Counted from the stretch's first letter, positions 10,083 to 20,863 are shown. The stretch: DNA of 64,000 bases from Pseudomonadota bacterium (GCA_043734785.1 JAYTEX010000175.1:704-64703), one strand, 5' to 3'. Notes: generated by a model not told the origin, from the letters alone. A program made the numbers and translations.

Positions 10083-10937
10083 ATGGCCAGAATAGAACCA
10101 ATTATCGGCAAATATATCTGGGTGCCTTATGAAGGCACCGAATATCGCATGTATTTCGAAGAAGCGGGCAACCCGAACGGGATCCCAATGGTGTGTCTTC
10201 ACACAGCAGGCACCGATGGTCGCGAATGGCGGCATCAACTCTGCGATGAGCGCATCGGCAAACACTTCCGCACGATCGCGATCGATCTCCCGCGCCACGG
10301 CAAGTCGATCCCCCCTTACGAGTGGTATAAGGAGAACGAAGAATACAAGCTTACTGCCAAGTTCTTCTCCGGGATCGTGATGGCCTTCTGCAAGGCTCTG
10401 GACCTCGATAAGCCGGTGATCATGGGCAGCTCCATGGGCGGCAATATTTGCATGCATCTTGCGAAGGATTACGAGAATGATGTGCGAGCCTTGATCGCGA
10501 TCGAAGCCTGCGAATGGTCGCCGGGCTGGCATCTCGATTGGCTGCGTCATGCACACATCCACGGAGGAGAAGTCTGCGCGACCTCAATCTTCGGTCTAAT
10601 GGCGCCCCAAAGCCCGGACAAGTATCGCTGGGAAACCTGGTGGTACTACTCGCAGGGCGGCCCCGGCATCTTCAAAGGTGATCTCTATTTCTACAGCTTC
10701 GATCATGACTTCCGCGGTACGACAGAGAAACTCTCCGGGAAAGTGCCGATGTACTACATGACCGGCGTCTACGATTTTGCCTGCACGCCGGAAATGACCG
10801 AAGAAACCGCCAAGAAACACCAGAACTCCGAGTGCATCATCATGGAAGAAATCGGTCACTTCCCGATGAGCGAGAACCCGGAGGTCTTCAACCGCTACCT
10901 GTATCCGGTCCTCGACAAAATCGTCGCGCTGAAATAA
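10083..10937 (+). CDS. alpha/beta-fold hydrolase
   Basis: It has VCLHTAGTDGREW, the nucleophile elbow GSSMGG, a C-terminal His (GHFPM), and the DLPRHGKS region. Confidence 0.8.
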   Translation: MARIEPIIGKYIWVPYEGTEYRMYFEEAGNPNGIPMVCLHTAGTDGREWRHQLCDERIGKHFRTIAIDLPRHGKSIPPYEWYKENEEYKLTAKFFSGIVMAFCKALDLDKPVIMGSSMGGNICMHLAKDYENDVRALIAIEACEWSPGWHLDWLRHAHIHGGEVCATSIFGLMAPQSPDKYRWETWWYYSQGGPGIFKGDLYFYSFDHDFRGTTEKLSGKVPMYYMTGVYDFACTPEMTEETAKKHQNSECIIMEEIGHFPMSENPEVFNRYLYPVLDKIVALK

Positions 10938-10962
10938 TCGCGCTAAAATAAACGCGTGATAC

Positions 10963-10996
10963 ACACCCCCCGGCGGCGCGATGCGGCCGGGGGTGC
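10963..10996 (+). terminator. GC-rich stem-loop downstream of the hydrolase gene, a putative terminator
   Basis: cacaccccccggc...gccgggggtg forms a roughly 10-bp stem with an 11-nt loop. It is followed by an A/T-rich stretch but no clean U-run. Confidence 0.3.
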
Positions 10997-11077
10997 GTGC
11001 TCTACAAAAATTTCGATACTCCATGAAATCAGGCACCGGCAATCACGCTGCCAATTCCATCGCAGGCGCGTCCTTTA

Positions 11078-11407
11078 CTTAGTCGTCCCTGAAAAGAGCA
11101 TTCTGCACGGTGGAAATAAGGAACCGCTCGCATTGTGGCGAGATGATTTTGCAAGATTTGTGGGTTTCGCCGAGCGAAAGCTTGCAAAATCGCGCGGAGA
11201 CACGAAACCCGAGAGGGTAGGTTGGGGTGAGCTTGCGAAGCCCAACAGTGAGTAGACCAGCTCGCGCGGATACTCGGCTTCGCGACTACGCGGTCACTCG
11301 GCGGATAATGGATGTTGGGGTTCGCGGCCCTCACCCCAACCTACCTTGAACACGCTGCCCGCATGCGCTTTGGCGGCGATAGAAGCAACTTTTTCAGGGA
11401 CGACTAC
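11078..11407 (-). mobile_element. MITE-like element, copy 2 (inverted orientation), with near-perfect TIRs TAGTCGTCCCTGAAAA
   Basis: The ends are cttagtcgtccctgaaaag (11078) and ttttcagggacgactac (11391-11407). Its internal sequence is collinear with copy 1 after reverse-complementing. The terminal CTA of the TIR (11403-11405) forms the TAG stop codon of the adjacent minus-strand gene. Confidence 0.75.
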
Positions 11408-12639
11408 TTATACAGCGCCACTGCATCAATCCGACGCATGATATCTAGCATGACTTTGCGGTAGCCCGCGCCTTCGATTCCACCGTAACGCCGCTTGAAA
11501 TCGGCTTCGGTCATCTGTTCCCGCAATCCGTCTGGCGCAGGAATCCATTCGAGATCCTGGGTCGCCTCCGCTGCCCGCTTTTGAATCTCGCGGGCCACCA
11601 CTCTCGACTCAGTGGCGCGCTGGCCAAAGCGGGTGCCGGCTTCATCCGCCATTAAATCGATAAAACTGAAACCACTACCGCCCCGCGAATCTTCAATTTC
11701 TTTCGCCAGGCCTATCGCATGCGCGACGGTCTTACCACCCGTCGCCGCCAACGCGGCCGAGTTCAAGAAGTGCTTGGTCAGATCATTGCGTCCATGGACG
11801 CGTACCGCGCGCCGTTGCGGTGCCGGCCACTTCGCAGCCCCCGGCACTAGCCCAGTGAGTCGCTGACCATTCACATAACTGGACAATGTCAACAAGGCTG
11901 CACGATTGTCCGCCACCGGATCACCCTTTGATGCGCGCTCGACACCGAACGCGAACAGCGGTGCCGCTAGCGCTGGTAGCGCAACTGCACCCTGTTGTTT
12001 CGCGACGACCTCGACCAGCCTGAGATGAAACTGGTGCAGACGTTCCGTATCCTCGGCAGGAATCAGTTGGTTGCGTACCGCCGTTGCGATCTCCGTGTGC
12101 CACTGATAGTGCAAAATAACGGCTGCCTGCTGAAATTCGATCCCACGCAGCAACGAGCCCGGTTCAGTGAGCCCGACACGGGCATAAGCCAACCTGAACA
12201 CCACCGCCAGCAGTGGACTGGCCAGCGCGCCAGGGAACGTAACCCGTCCAATTCGCAGATTATCGAGCGCTGGCATCCCCCCTGTTTCGGTGAGCGCAAT
12301 CGTCAGGTTCAAATACTGCCCGATCGGGTTCTTCGGCAACACGCGCGTGAACGCTGCGGACAAAATTTCCTCGCTCACCGTCACGCGCGAAGCACCGCCA
12401 CCGAGCGGCGCGAGGGCATAGTTGAGCACCAGGCTCAATTCATCGGCGCTCAACGCGAGCGACTTCAACTCACCATCGCGCAGTCGGCGCGGATCGTGCT
12501 CCAACAACAGCGCACGCGCGCGTTTGATCTGGAGCGGATTCAGGCGCTCCTGGGACGCTACTCGCGGCTCGCGCTCCAGCATCGCGAACGGCGTTGCCAC
12601 CACGACAAGCAGGATCAACCAACCGACCAATCGCGCCAC
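11404..12639 (-). CDS. hypothetical exported protein (411 aa, N-terminal signal/TM anchor), function unknown
   Basis: A hydrophobic N-terminus (LVGWLILLVVVATPFA) is followed by a long ORF with a coding-like codon pattern. I recognise no domain. Its 3' end abuts MITE copy 2. Confidence 0.55.
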   Translation of the reverse strand: MARLVGWLILLVVVATPFAMLEREPRVASQERLNPLQIKRARALLLEHDPRRLRDGELKSLALSADELSLVLNYALAPLGGGASRVTVSEEILSAAFTRVLPKNPIGQYLNLTIALTETGGMPALDNLRIGRVTFPGALASPLLAVVFRLAYARVGLTEPGSLLRGIEFQQAAVILHYQWHTEIATAVRNQLIPAEDTERLHQFHLRLVEVVAKQQGAVALPALAAPLFAFGVERASKGDPVADNRAALLTLSSYVNGQRLTGLVPGAAKWPAPQRRAVRVHGRNDLTKHFLNSAALAATGGKTVAHAIGLAKEIEDSRGGSGFSFIDLMADEAGTRFGQRATESRVVAREIQKRAAEATQDLEWIPAPDGLREQMTEADFKRRYGGIEGAGYRKVMLDIMRRIDAVALYK

Positions 12640-12842
12640 GGCGCAAAGACTCCCTTAGTGAATGTAAGTGAATAATGCGCGGCACAATATCTCATCACCA
12701 GCAACCAGATCAGTCAGCCGCGACCGCCGCCATCCTACGGGAGTCAGCGCTGTGAATCATCCAATGCGCGTACCGAGCGCGTGCCTAGTGAGTGGCAGTA
12801 TCGTGTATGCGCGGATAGCGCGCTTCCGCAGAGGCTTCCCGC

Positions 12843-13861
12843 TTAACGCGTTTCACGATGGGTCCGCATCAAGTATTGACGCACACGGACATCCGCAGTG
12901 AGTCCCAGCGCGTGATCGAGTGCCCGCGCCGCTTCATCGCGCAGGCCAAGCTTGCGTCGCAGGTAGGCAACAGCGACCCAGAACGGCTGATAATTCGCGA
13001 TATCGACCGCTGACAACGCTTCGAGCAATTTCAGGCCTCGTGTCGCATTTCCTGCTTCGGCAATCGCCACCGCCTGCCCTATCAGCGCGCCAACACTTGG
13101 GTGGTGCCTGATCAGCAAACCATATAAATGCGCGATGGCGTCCCATGGCGTTTCACCCGAGAACGCGCGCTGGCAATGGGCGGACTGAATCGCCGCTTCC
13201 AGCTGAAAACTACCCGGTGCGCGCAGACGGGACGCGTGCCGAAGACAGGCCTCAGCCTCGTGCAGCAACGCGCGATCCCAGTGCGCAACGTTCTGTTCGG
13301 TCAAGGCGACGAAGCGCCCCGCAAGATCGAACTGTGCCGGCCGCCGCGCTTCGCAGTACAGCATCAACGCGAGCAGGCCCAGGGCCTCCGCATTGTCGGG
13401 TTGCAGCTGCATAACGATCCGCGCGAGGTAGAGCGCCTCATCGGTCAACTCGGCAATCTGCGCAGGCTGGCTCGCATCCGGGCCCTGCGCCGCGACGTTC
13501 GAAGCGATGGTGTAGCCCCGTAGATGCCGTCGAGCACTGCGGCTATTCGCGCGGGCAATTCGCGCGCCTCGGGAACTTCAAACCTCAGCCCCGCATCGCG
13601 AATGGCGGCCTTTGCACGCACCAGTCGCTGCGCCATCGCGCTCGGGGAAACCAGGAAGGCACTCGCGAGCGTCTTTGCCTCGAGGCCCAGCACGGTCTGT
13701 AGCATGAGCGGCGCGTGCAATTTAGGCGGCACCTCTGGATGCGCACACACGAACATGAGTTTCAGTCGTTCATCTTGAATCGGCAAGGATTCGGTCATCA
13801 GCCGCGGCCAAATCGCCCCAGCAGTAAGCGAGCCAGGCGACGAGCCGCCCGTAAGAATCAC
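12843..13861 (-). pseudogene. COG4941-type ECF-like sigma-70 factor (TPR-like C-terminal domain) remnant: region sigma-2 missing and an internal frameshift near 13478
   Basis: The 13445..13861 ORF contains the sigma-4 region (DERLKLMFVCAHP...AMAQRLVRAKAAIRDAGLRFEVP). The 12843..13448 ORF contains the C-terminal domain (EALYLARIVMQLQPD...ALGLLALMLYCEARRP). The correct downstream frame (GYTIASNVAAQGPD...) is reached only by a +1 shift at a C4/G4 run. Only 46 bp separate it from the upstream gene, so there is no room for sigma-2. Confidence 0.6.
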
Positions 13862-13906
13862 GGGCGGCTCGTTCCGCGGCGCTCCAACCGGAATGCCCCT
13901 CCGGCA

Positions 13907-14272
13907 TTACGCCTTCTTGTTAGGCGCAATCATCACCGGCCGCACTTCAATACTCCCTTCTGCGGCACACGGCGCGCGCGCCGCCCATTCGAGCGCCTCC
14001 TCCAGCGAAGCGACCTCGAGCACGAAGTAACCGCCAAGATGCTCGCGCGTGTCGGGGAATGGTCCGTCCTGCACCTGGCGCTTGCCGTCGCGGATGCGCA
14101 CGATCGTCGCGGTGTCGGGGGCCTCCAGACCGTCGCCATTCACCACCTTGCCCGAGGCGTGCAGCGCACCGATATAGGCCATCCAGGCACCCCAGTACTC
14201 GGGCGCGGCTTTTGGGTCTTGGCGGGTGGCGAAAGATTCGGTCGTTTCTCTGAACATCAACATGTATTGCAT
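13907..14272 (-). CDS. YciI-like / DGPF-domain protein (COG3795), the usual partner of COG4941 sigma factors
   Basis: It is 121 aa and contains ...VQDGPFPDTREHLGGYFVLEV.SLEEALEWA... with the literal DGPF motif. Confidence 0.75.
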   Translation of the reverse strand: MQYMLMFRETTESFATRQDPKAAPEYWGAWMAYIGALHASGKVVNGDGLEAPDTATIVRIRDGKRQVQDGPFPDTREHLGGYFVLEVASLEEALEWAARAPCAAEGSIEVRPVMIAPNKKA

Positions 14273-14499
14273 CGGGAACTCCTCAGTGTTAGCGGATACA
14301 GCTCTCTGCCGGTCCTAACTTATTGATGCGCGAGTAGGCCCGGAATCGACAGCGAGTAGGACCGCTCGTGGCGAGCGTACGCAGCAAGCCAGAACGAAGC
14401 CATGGAATGCCACGTCGTGCCCCCCTTCGCAACGGCCGAGGCGCGTGCCTGCGGCATGGCGACCCATGCACCTCATTTTCGAGCATTTACGCGTTAACC

Positions 14500-15687
14500 T
14501 CAGCAGGCCTCGAACAGCCCTGCCGCGCCCATGCCTTTGCCGATGCACATCGACACGAGGCCGAGCTTCTTGCCGCGGCGGCGCAGTTCACGGATCAACA
14601 ACCCTGTCAGCCGCGAACCCGTCATGCCGAAGGGATGCCCGATCGCGATCGAGCCGCCGTTGACGTTGTAGATCGCGTTGTCGATACCGAGTGCATCCCG
14701 GCTGTAGAGGCATTGCGAGGCGAAGGCTTCGTTGAGTTCGACGAGATCGATATCAGCAAGCTTGAGCCCCTTGTACTTCAGCAACTTCGGGATCGCGAAT
14801 ACCGGGCCGATGCCCATTTCGTCCGGCTCGCAGCCGGCCACCGCAAAGCCGCGAAAATACGCGAGCGGGGTCAGACCCAGTTGCTGTGCGCGCCGCTCCG
14901 ACATCAGCAACGTCATCGAAGCACCGTCAGACAATTGCGAGGCATTGCCGGCGGTAACCGTACCCTCCGCTTCGAATGCCGGCGCCAGTGAGGCGAGCCC
15001 TTCAAGCGTGGTGTCCGTGCGATTGCATTCGTCCTTATCCACCGTGCCCTCGAGGATCACGGTTTCCTTGGTGTCCTTGTTGATCACCTTGCGCCACTTC
15101 ACGCTCATCGGCGCGATTTCTTCCCGGATGTAACCGGCCAGGTTCGCCGCCGCATAGCGTTGCTGGCTCTGCAAGGCATAGCGATCCTGAGCCTCGCGCG
15201 ACACCTTGTAACGGCGCGCGACAACTTCCGCAGTATTGCCCATCGCCATGTACATTGCGGGCTTTTCCGCCAGCAGCAGCGGGTTCTCATCGAACTTCGC
15301 CGGGGTGCCACGCTCGAGCCCGGTGATCGATTCCACCCCGCCCGCCATGACGACTTCGGCACAACCGCTCGCAATCTGCGTGGCGGCGACCGCAATCGCA
15401 TTCAGCCCAGAGGCGCAGGCGCGGCTGATGGTCGTGGCCGGCACCGTGACGGGCAGCTTCGAGAGTACCACCGCATAGCGCGCCAGGTTCGCGGATTGCT
15501 CGCCGATCTGGCGCCCAGCGCCGACCACCACGTCATCGACTTCGGCGGGATCAAGCGCCGGATAGCGCGCGAGCAGCGCATCGATGCAATGCGCGACGAG
15601 ATCGTCCGCCCGCGTGAGATTGAAGGTGCCGCGATAGGCCTTGGCCAATCCGGTGCGGAGACTGTCGACAATGACCACTTGGCTCAT
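14500..15687 (-). CDS. acetyl-CoA C-acyltransferase (thiolase)
   Basis: It has the thiolase active-site regions ISRACASGLNAI, NASQLSDGAS, GHPFGMTGSR and CIGKGMGAA. Confidence 0.9.
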   Translation of the reverse strand: MSQVVIVDSLRTGLAKAYRGTFNLTRADDLVAHCIDALLARYPALDPAEVDDVVVGAGRQIGEQSANLARYAVVLSKLPVTVPATTISRACASGLNAIAVAATQIASGCAEVVMAGGVESITGLERGTPAKFDENPLLLAEKPAMYMAMGNTAEVVARRYKVSREAQDRYALQSQQRYAAANLAGYIREEIAPMSVKWRKVINKDTKETVILEGTVDKDECNRTDTTLEGLASLAPAFEAEGTVTAGNASQLSDGASMTLLMSERRAQQLGLTPLAYFRGFAVAGCEPDEMGIGPVFAIPKLLKYKGLKLADIDLVELNEAFASQCLYSRDALGIDNAIYNVNGGSIAIGHPFGMTGSRLTGLLIRELRRRGKKLGLVSMCIGKGMGAAGLFEAC

Positions 15688-15958
15688 AGAGAATCCTTGG
15701 CAATGATGGAGAAAATTAGGGTGCTCGATATTTTGCCACGTCCTGACAGGAGCGACCTGCCTCGGTTACGAGTCTGCCGCGCAAGCGCGCCGGCCCTGCG
15801 TGCAACTAAACTCGCATCCCGCCCGTTCCAGTAGGCGCCCAAGCGCATATTTGTTAGCATTAGCGCCTGCTGCGAAGGGGGTTTCGCCCGCGTTCATTTG
15901 CGGTCCTAAGGTTCAATAATCCTACGCCGTGCGCCCGGCACAAAACATAGAAGAAAAA

Positions 15959-17122
15959 GCGATGACCGATCATTCCGAAACGATTGCGCAACTGCGCGAA
16001 ACCGTCAAGCGAGTGTGCGATGAATTCCCCGGCGAATACTGGCGCGCCAAGGATCGCGAGCGCCAATATCCCACCGAGTTCGTGCACGCACTCACAGAAC
16101 TGGGGCTGCTCGCCGCACTCATTCCCGAAGAGTACGGTGGCAGCGGCCTGCCGCTATCAGTCGGCGGCGAGATCCTGAAGGCCATCCACGAGTTCGGCGC
16201 CAATGCCGGGGCCTGCCACGCCCAGATGTACACCATGGGCACCGTTCTGCGTCACGGCAATGCCGAGCAGAAGGCCCAGTATTTGCCGGCCGTTGCGCGC
16301 GGCGAACTGCGCTTGCAGGCCTTCGGCGTCACCGAGCCCACGGCCGGGACCGACACCACCAGCATTTCCACGTTCGCGATGCGCAAAGGTGATCGCTATG
16401 TGGTCAACGGCCAGAAAATCTGGACATCGCGCGCCGAGCAATCTGACCTCATGGTCTTGCTGGCGCGCACCACACCGAAAGACCAGGTCAAGAAACGCAC
16501 CGAGGGCTTGTCGGTGTTTCTGATCGACATGCGCGAAACCGTCGGCCATGGCATGACGATAAAACCAATCCGTACGATGATCAATCATTCCACGACCGAA
16601 GTATTTTTTGACAACATGGAAATTCCGGCCAGCAGCCTGATCGGGGAAGAAGGTCAAGGGCTGCGCTACATCCTGTCCGGCATGAATGCCGAACGGATTC
16701 TCATCGCCTCCGAATGCGTTGGCGATGGTCGCTGGTTTATCAAGAAAGCGCGGGATTACGCCTGCGAGCGCAAGGTCTTTGGCCGACCCATCGGCCAAAA
16801 CCAGGGTATTCAATTTCCGATCGCGCGCGCATATGCCGAAGTCGAGGCGGCCAATCTGATGACAGACCGTGCGGCCGAACTCTACGAGGCCGGCAAGCCC
16901 TGTGGGACCGAGGCCAACATCTCCAAGCTGCTCGCCTCTGAAGCCGCTTGGCACGCTGCCGACACCTGCATGCAGACGTTCGGCGGCTTCGCGGTCGCTG
17001 AGGAGTACGACATTGAACGTAAGTTCCGCGAGACCCGCCTCTACCAGATTGCGCCCATCTCGACCAATCTGATCCTGTCCTATGTGGCCGAACACGAGCT
17101 TGGCCTCCCGCGCTCCTATTAA
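15959..17122 (+). CDS. acyl-CoA dehydrogenase
   Basis: It has the ACAD N/M/C domains (GVTEPTAGTD, QKIWTSRA, ...YQIAPISTNLILSYVAE). I take the start at MTDHSETIAQL. Confidence 0.85.
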   Translation, partial: AMTDHSETIAQLRETVKRVCDEFPGEYWRAKDRERQYPTEFVHALTELGLLAALIPEEYGGSGLPLSVGGEILKAIHEFGANAGACHAQMYTMGTVLRHGNAEQKAQYLPAVARGELRLQAFGVTEPTAGTDTTSISTFAMRKGDRYVVNGQKIWTSRAEQSDLMVLLARTTPKDQVKKRTEGLSVFLIDMRETVGHGMTIKPIRTMINHSTTEVFFDNMEIPASSLIGEEGQGLRYILSGMNAERILIASECVGDGRWFIKKARDYACERKVFGRPIGQNQGIQFPIARAYAEVEAANLMTDRAAELYEAGKPCGTEANISKLLASEAAWHAADTCMQTFGGFAVAEEYDIERKFRETRLYQIAPISTNLILSYVAEHELGLPRSY

Positions 17123-17136
17123 CTCGAGGAGAATCC

Positions 17137-18627
17137 ATGTCCGCACTGCCGAAGTTCAATGCCTACATCAACGGACAATCCGTGCCATCGGTATCCGGTC
17201 AAACTTTTGAAACCGTCAATCCCTATACCGCACAAATATGGGCCGAAGTTGCACGCTGTAACGCGGCGGATGTCAATCGTGCGGTAGAAGCCGCGTGGAG
17301 CGCATTCACCACCGGCGACTGGCCGACACTAAACGCCACCCAACGCGGCGCAATGGTGCACAAGCTTGGCGATCTCATCCGCGATAACGCGCGTGAACTC
17401 GCCGAATACGAGGTTCGCGACAACGGTAAACTGTTTGCCGAGATGTTCGGTCAGTGCAATTACATTCCGAACTGGTACTGGTACTACGGCGGCATGGCCG
17501 ACAAGATCGAAGGCGCGGTGATTCCGATCGACAAGGCCGACGTCTTCAACTACACGCGGCACGAACCGTTGGGGGTCATTGCGTGCATTACGCCGTGGAA
17601 TTCGCCGCTGCTGCTGCTCTCGTTCAAGCTCGCGGCGGCGCTTGCGGCCGGTAATACGGTGGTGATCAAGCCCTCGGAGTTCACATCCACCTCTACGCTG
17701 AAGCTGATGGAGCTCGTCGAGAAAGCGGGCTTCCCACCGGGGGTCGTGAACGTCGTGACCGGCTTCGGTAACGAGGTGGGAGCAGCGCTGGTCGAACATT
17801 CCAAAGTTGCCAAGGTGTGTTTCACCGGCGGGACCGAAAGCGGCGCCATGGTCTATCAAGCCGCCGCCAAGGGCTTGAAAGGCTGCACGTTGGAACTGGG
17901 CGGCAAGTCACCCAACATCGTGTTTGACGATGCCGTGCTCGACGATGCCGTGAAAGGCGCGATCTCCGGAATTTTCGCCGCTACCGGTCAGACCTGTATC
18001 GCAGGATCCCGGCTGCTCGTGCAGGACTCGATATACGATGCTTTCGTCGCGCGCCTGGTCGCGTTCGCCAAAACCGCACGCATGGGTGATCCCATGGACC
18101 CGAACACGCAGGTCGGGCCGGTGACGACACCGCCGCAGTACGAGAAAATCCTGAAATACATCGAAGTCGCGAAAAGCGAAGGCGCGGAATGCCTGCTCGG
18201 CGGCGGCCCCGGGAACGGACCCGAGTGCGGAGATTCGAAATGGTTCGTACAACCCACGATCTTCGGCGGCGTGACCAACCACATGCGAATCGCACAGGAA
18301 GAGGTGTTCGGTCCAGTGCTCTCGATCATTCGTTTCAAGACAGATGAGGAAGCGGTGGAGATCGCGAACGATATCGCGTTTGGTCTCGCCGCCGGCGTGT
18401 GGACGCAATCGATCAAGCGCGCGATCAAGATCTCGAATGCAATTCGCGCCGGCACAATCTGGGTCAATACCTACCGCGCGGTGAGTTATCTCTCGCCCTT
18501 CGGCGGCTATAAAAAATCTGGCTTAGGGCGCGAAAATGGGATCGAAGGCATGCGCGAGTTCCTGCAGACCAAGAGTGTGTGGATTTCGACGGCCTCCGAT
18601 GTCCCCAACCCGTTCGTCATGCGCTAG
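17137..18627 (+). CDS. NAD(P)-dependent aldehyde dehydrogenase
   Basis: It has the ALDH motifs FTGGTESG, ELGGKSP and the catalytic Cys region GQTCIAGSR. It is 496 aa. Confidence 0.9.
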   Translation: MSALPKFNAYINGQSVPSVSGQTFETVNPYTAQIWAEVARCNAADVNRAVEAAWSAFTTGDWPTLNATQRGAMVHKLGDLIRDNARELAEYEVRDNGKLFAEMFGQCNYIPNWYWYYGGMADKIEGAVIPIDKADVFNYTRHEPLGVIACITPWNSPLLLLSFKLAAALAAGNTVVIKPSEFTSTSTLKLMELVEKAGFPPGVVNVVTGFGNEVGAALVEHSKVAKVCFTGGTESGAMVYQAAAKGLKGCTLELGGKSPNIVFDDAVLDDAVKGAISGIFAATGQTCIAGSRLLVQDSIYDAFVARLVAFAKTARMGDPMDPNTQVGPVTTPPQYEKILKYIEVAKSEGAECLLGGGPGNGPECGDSKWFVQPTIFGGVTNHMRIAQEEVFGPVLSIIRFKTDEEAVEIANDIAFGLAAGVWTQSIKRAIKISNAIRAGTIWVNTYRAVSYLSPFGGYKKSGLGRENGIEGMREFLQTKSVWISTASDVPNPFVMR

Positions 18628-18630
18628 GCC

Positions 18631-19740
18631 ATGAGCGCCCTCTCAGAGGTGCTCGTGGTGTCGTTGGAGCAGGCGGTCGCCGCGCCCTATGCCACGCGCC
18701 TGCTGGCCGAAGCCGGCGCGCGGGTGATCAAAATCGAGCGCGAAGAGGGCGATTTTGCGCGCGCCTACGATACCGTCGTCAACGGGGAATCCACCTTTTT
18801 TGTGTGGCTCAATGCGGGCAAGGAATCGCTGATCCTGGATGTGAAAGCGCCGGCAGATCAGGCGCTGTTACGCGCCATGTTGATCAAGGCCGATGTCTTC
18901 ATTCAGAACCTGCGCCCTGGTGCGCTCGACCGCATCGGGTTCAGCTACAACGAGGTCGCCAAGCTGAATCCCGGCCTGGTCATGTGCAGTATCTCTGGCT
19001 ACGGCATGGAAGGTCCGCTGGCTGAGATGAAGGCCTATGATTTTCTGGTCCAGGCGGAGAGCGGTTTGTGTTCGGTGACCGGCACGGACGGCGTACCCGC
19101 CCGTTGCGGGATCTCGATCAGCGATATTTCCACCGGCCTTTCCGCGTACGGAGAAATCCTGCGCGCGCTGCTGGAACGCGCCAAGACCGGACGCGGGCAG
19201 TTTCTCGACATCTCGCTGTTCGATGTCATGAGTGAGTGGATGAGCGTGCCGCTGGCGCTCTACCAATACGGGGGGCGTTTGCTCACCGGCACCGGTCTCG
19301 ACCATCCACAAATAGCACCCTACGGCGCCTATGCGACTAAGGATGGCTTGATCATTATCGCCGTGCAGAACCATCGCGAGTGGATCAGCCTATGCGAGAC
19401 GCTCGGCTGCGCGGAACTCCTAGGCGATGAACGGTTCAACACGATCCCGGCGCGCGTGCAACACCGAGAGGCGCTCAAGATCGAACTCGAGCGAATCTTC
19501 CTGCAGCATACGCGAGAGGAACTGGCGAGCATTCTGGATCGAGGCAGTATCGCCTATGGCAGAATCAACAACGTGCAGGATGTCTGGTCGCATCCGGCGT
19601 TGAAAACCAAGGAAGTCCTGTCGCGCGGGAAAACCGCGACCTTCGTGCGCAGAGTGTGCGATCAAGCGGAGGCTCCACGGGTGGTGCCAGGCCTGGGCGC
19701 ACACACGGAGTCGATCAAGAAAGAATTTCTGGAGAAATAG
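18631..19740 (+). CDS. family III CoA-transferase (CaiB/BaiF-like)
   Basis: The N-terminus VLVVSLEQAVAAPYATRLLAEAGARVIKIER and the overall length are typical of CaiB/BaiF. Its ATG overlaps the upstream stop region. Confidence 0.85.
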   Translation: MSALSEVLVVSLEQAVAAPYATRLLAEAGARVIKIEREEGDFARAYDTVVNGESTFFVWLNAGKESLILDVKAPADQALLRAMLIKADVFIQNLRPGALDRIGFSYNEVAKLNPGLVMCSISGYGMEGPLAEMKAYDFLVQAESGLCSVTGTDGVPARCGISISDISTGLSAYGEILRALLERAKTGRGQFLDISLFDVMSEWMSVPLALYQYGGRLLTGTGLDHPQIAPYGAYATKDGLIIIAVQNHREWISLCETLGCAELLGDERFNTIPARVQHREALKIELERIFLQHTREELASILDRGSIAYGRINNVQDVWSHPALKTKEVLSRGKTATFVRRVCDQAEAPRVVPGLGAHTESIKKEFLEK

Positions 19741-19791
19741 CGTCAATCGCTAGAGGGCACGGCAATTAATAACATCTTAAGGGGAGTAGTC

Positions 19792-20730
19792 ATGAACCTG
19801 AAATCAATCTGTGCGTTGGCGATAGTGGCGTGGGCGACCAACAGCGTCGCCGACGATGCCGCCTGGTATCCCTCCAAGTGGGGCAAGGACGATCAACTCG
19901 GCGCCTTCAATATGAACGGCCCGGCACTGACACTCGAAGCCGCGAAACTCATCAAGACCGGCAAGACCTATCGTCTCGCCATCGAGTCGAATCCCTCCAC
20001 CCCGGCCTTCCCGCCGCGCAACCTGCACGTGATCGTGCTCGCACCGAATCAGCTGTCCGGTAAGTCGCTCGGCAGCAACAAGATGACGTATGCGGACGAT
20101 ATCATCAACGGCTGGGTCGGCGTTGGCTCGCAGATCGATGGCCTCGGTCACGCCGGGATCGATCAACGCTACTACAACGGTGTGCAAGGCAACGACTTCA
20201 TCAAGCCCGATGGCCTCACCAAATTTGGGACGCAGCAGTTTCCGCCAGTCGTGACTCGCGGCATTCTAATCGACATGGCCAAGTGCGCCGGGAAAGACAT
20301 CCTTGATGTCGGCTACGCTTACACCAAGGTGTTAATCGAAGCCTGCGCCAAGCAACAGAACACCGAGATAAAACGCGGCGATGTGGTGCTGTTTAATTCC
20401 GGCTGGATGAACATGATAACCAAGGATCTGGCCACGTATAACAAGGGCGAACCGGGCCTTGGCAAGGGCGGTGCGGAATATCTCGCCGGCCTGGAGGTCA
20501 TGGCGGTGGGCGGGGATACTTGGGGCTTGGAAGTGCTACCAGCGGAAACGGCGGACGAAGCATTTCCAGTGCATCAGATTCTGTTGCCCAAGAACGGCAT
20601 TTATATTCTCGAGAATATGGATACCCGCGAATTAGCGAAAGATCAAGCGTACGAATTCATGTTCGTGCTGGGTGCCGCGCGGCTGACTGGCGCGGTGCAG
20701 ATGATCATCAATCCGGTCGCGATTCGCTAA
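19792..20730 (+). CDS. cyclase-family protein (kynurenine formamidase-like fold) with N-terminal signal peptide
   Basis: It has a signal peptide MNLKSICALAIVAWATNSVA and the cyclase-family motif QIDGLGH, at typical length. Confidence 0.7.
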   Translation: MNLKSICALAIVAWATNSVADDAAWYPSKWGKDDQLGAFNMNGPALTLEAAKLIKTGKTYRLAIESNPSTPAFPPRNLHVIVLAPNQLSGKSLGSNKMTYADDIINGWVGVGSQIDGLGHAGIDQRYYNGVQGNDFIKPDGLTKFGTQQFPPVVTRGILIDMAKCAGKDILDVGYAYTKVLIEACAKQQNTEIKRGDVVLFNSGWMNMITKDLATYNKGEPGLGKGGAEYLAGLEVMAVGGDTWGLEVLPAETADEAFPVHQILLPKNGIYILENMDTRELAKDQAYEFMFVLGAARLTGAVQMIINPVAIR

Positions 20731-20863
20731 CTGCGTCATCCCGGACGGAGCCGCGTAGCGGCGCAGGTCCGGGATCCAGGGGCATTTAAGGCTCAGGATG
20801 GACCCCGGATAAACGCCGCGCGTTTTCCGGGATGTCGGGGTTGATGCGTTCACGCGTTGATCA

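Noticed and set aside
9519-10562. 347-aa minus-strand ORF
   Set aside because: It is antisense to the well-supported SCP2 and alpha/beta hydrolase genes. Its composition is biased (Arg/His/Ala-rich), typical of GC-rich antisense frames.
16157-17146. 329-aa minus-strand ORF
   Set aside because: It lies entirely antisense within the acyl-CoA dehydrogenase gene, and I recognise no motifs.
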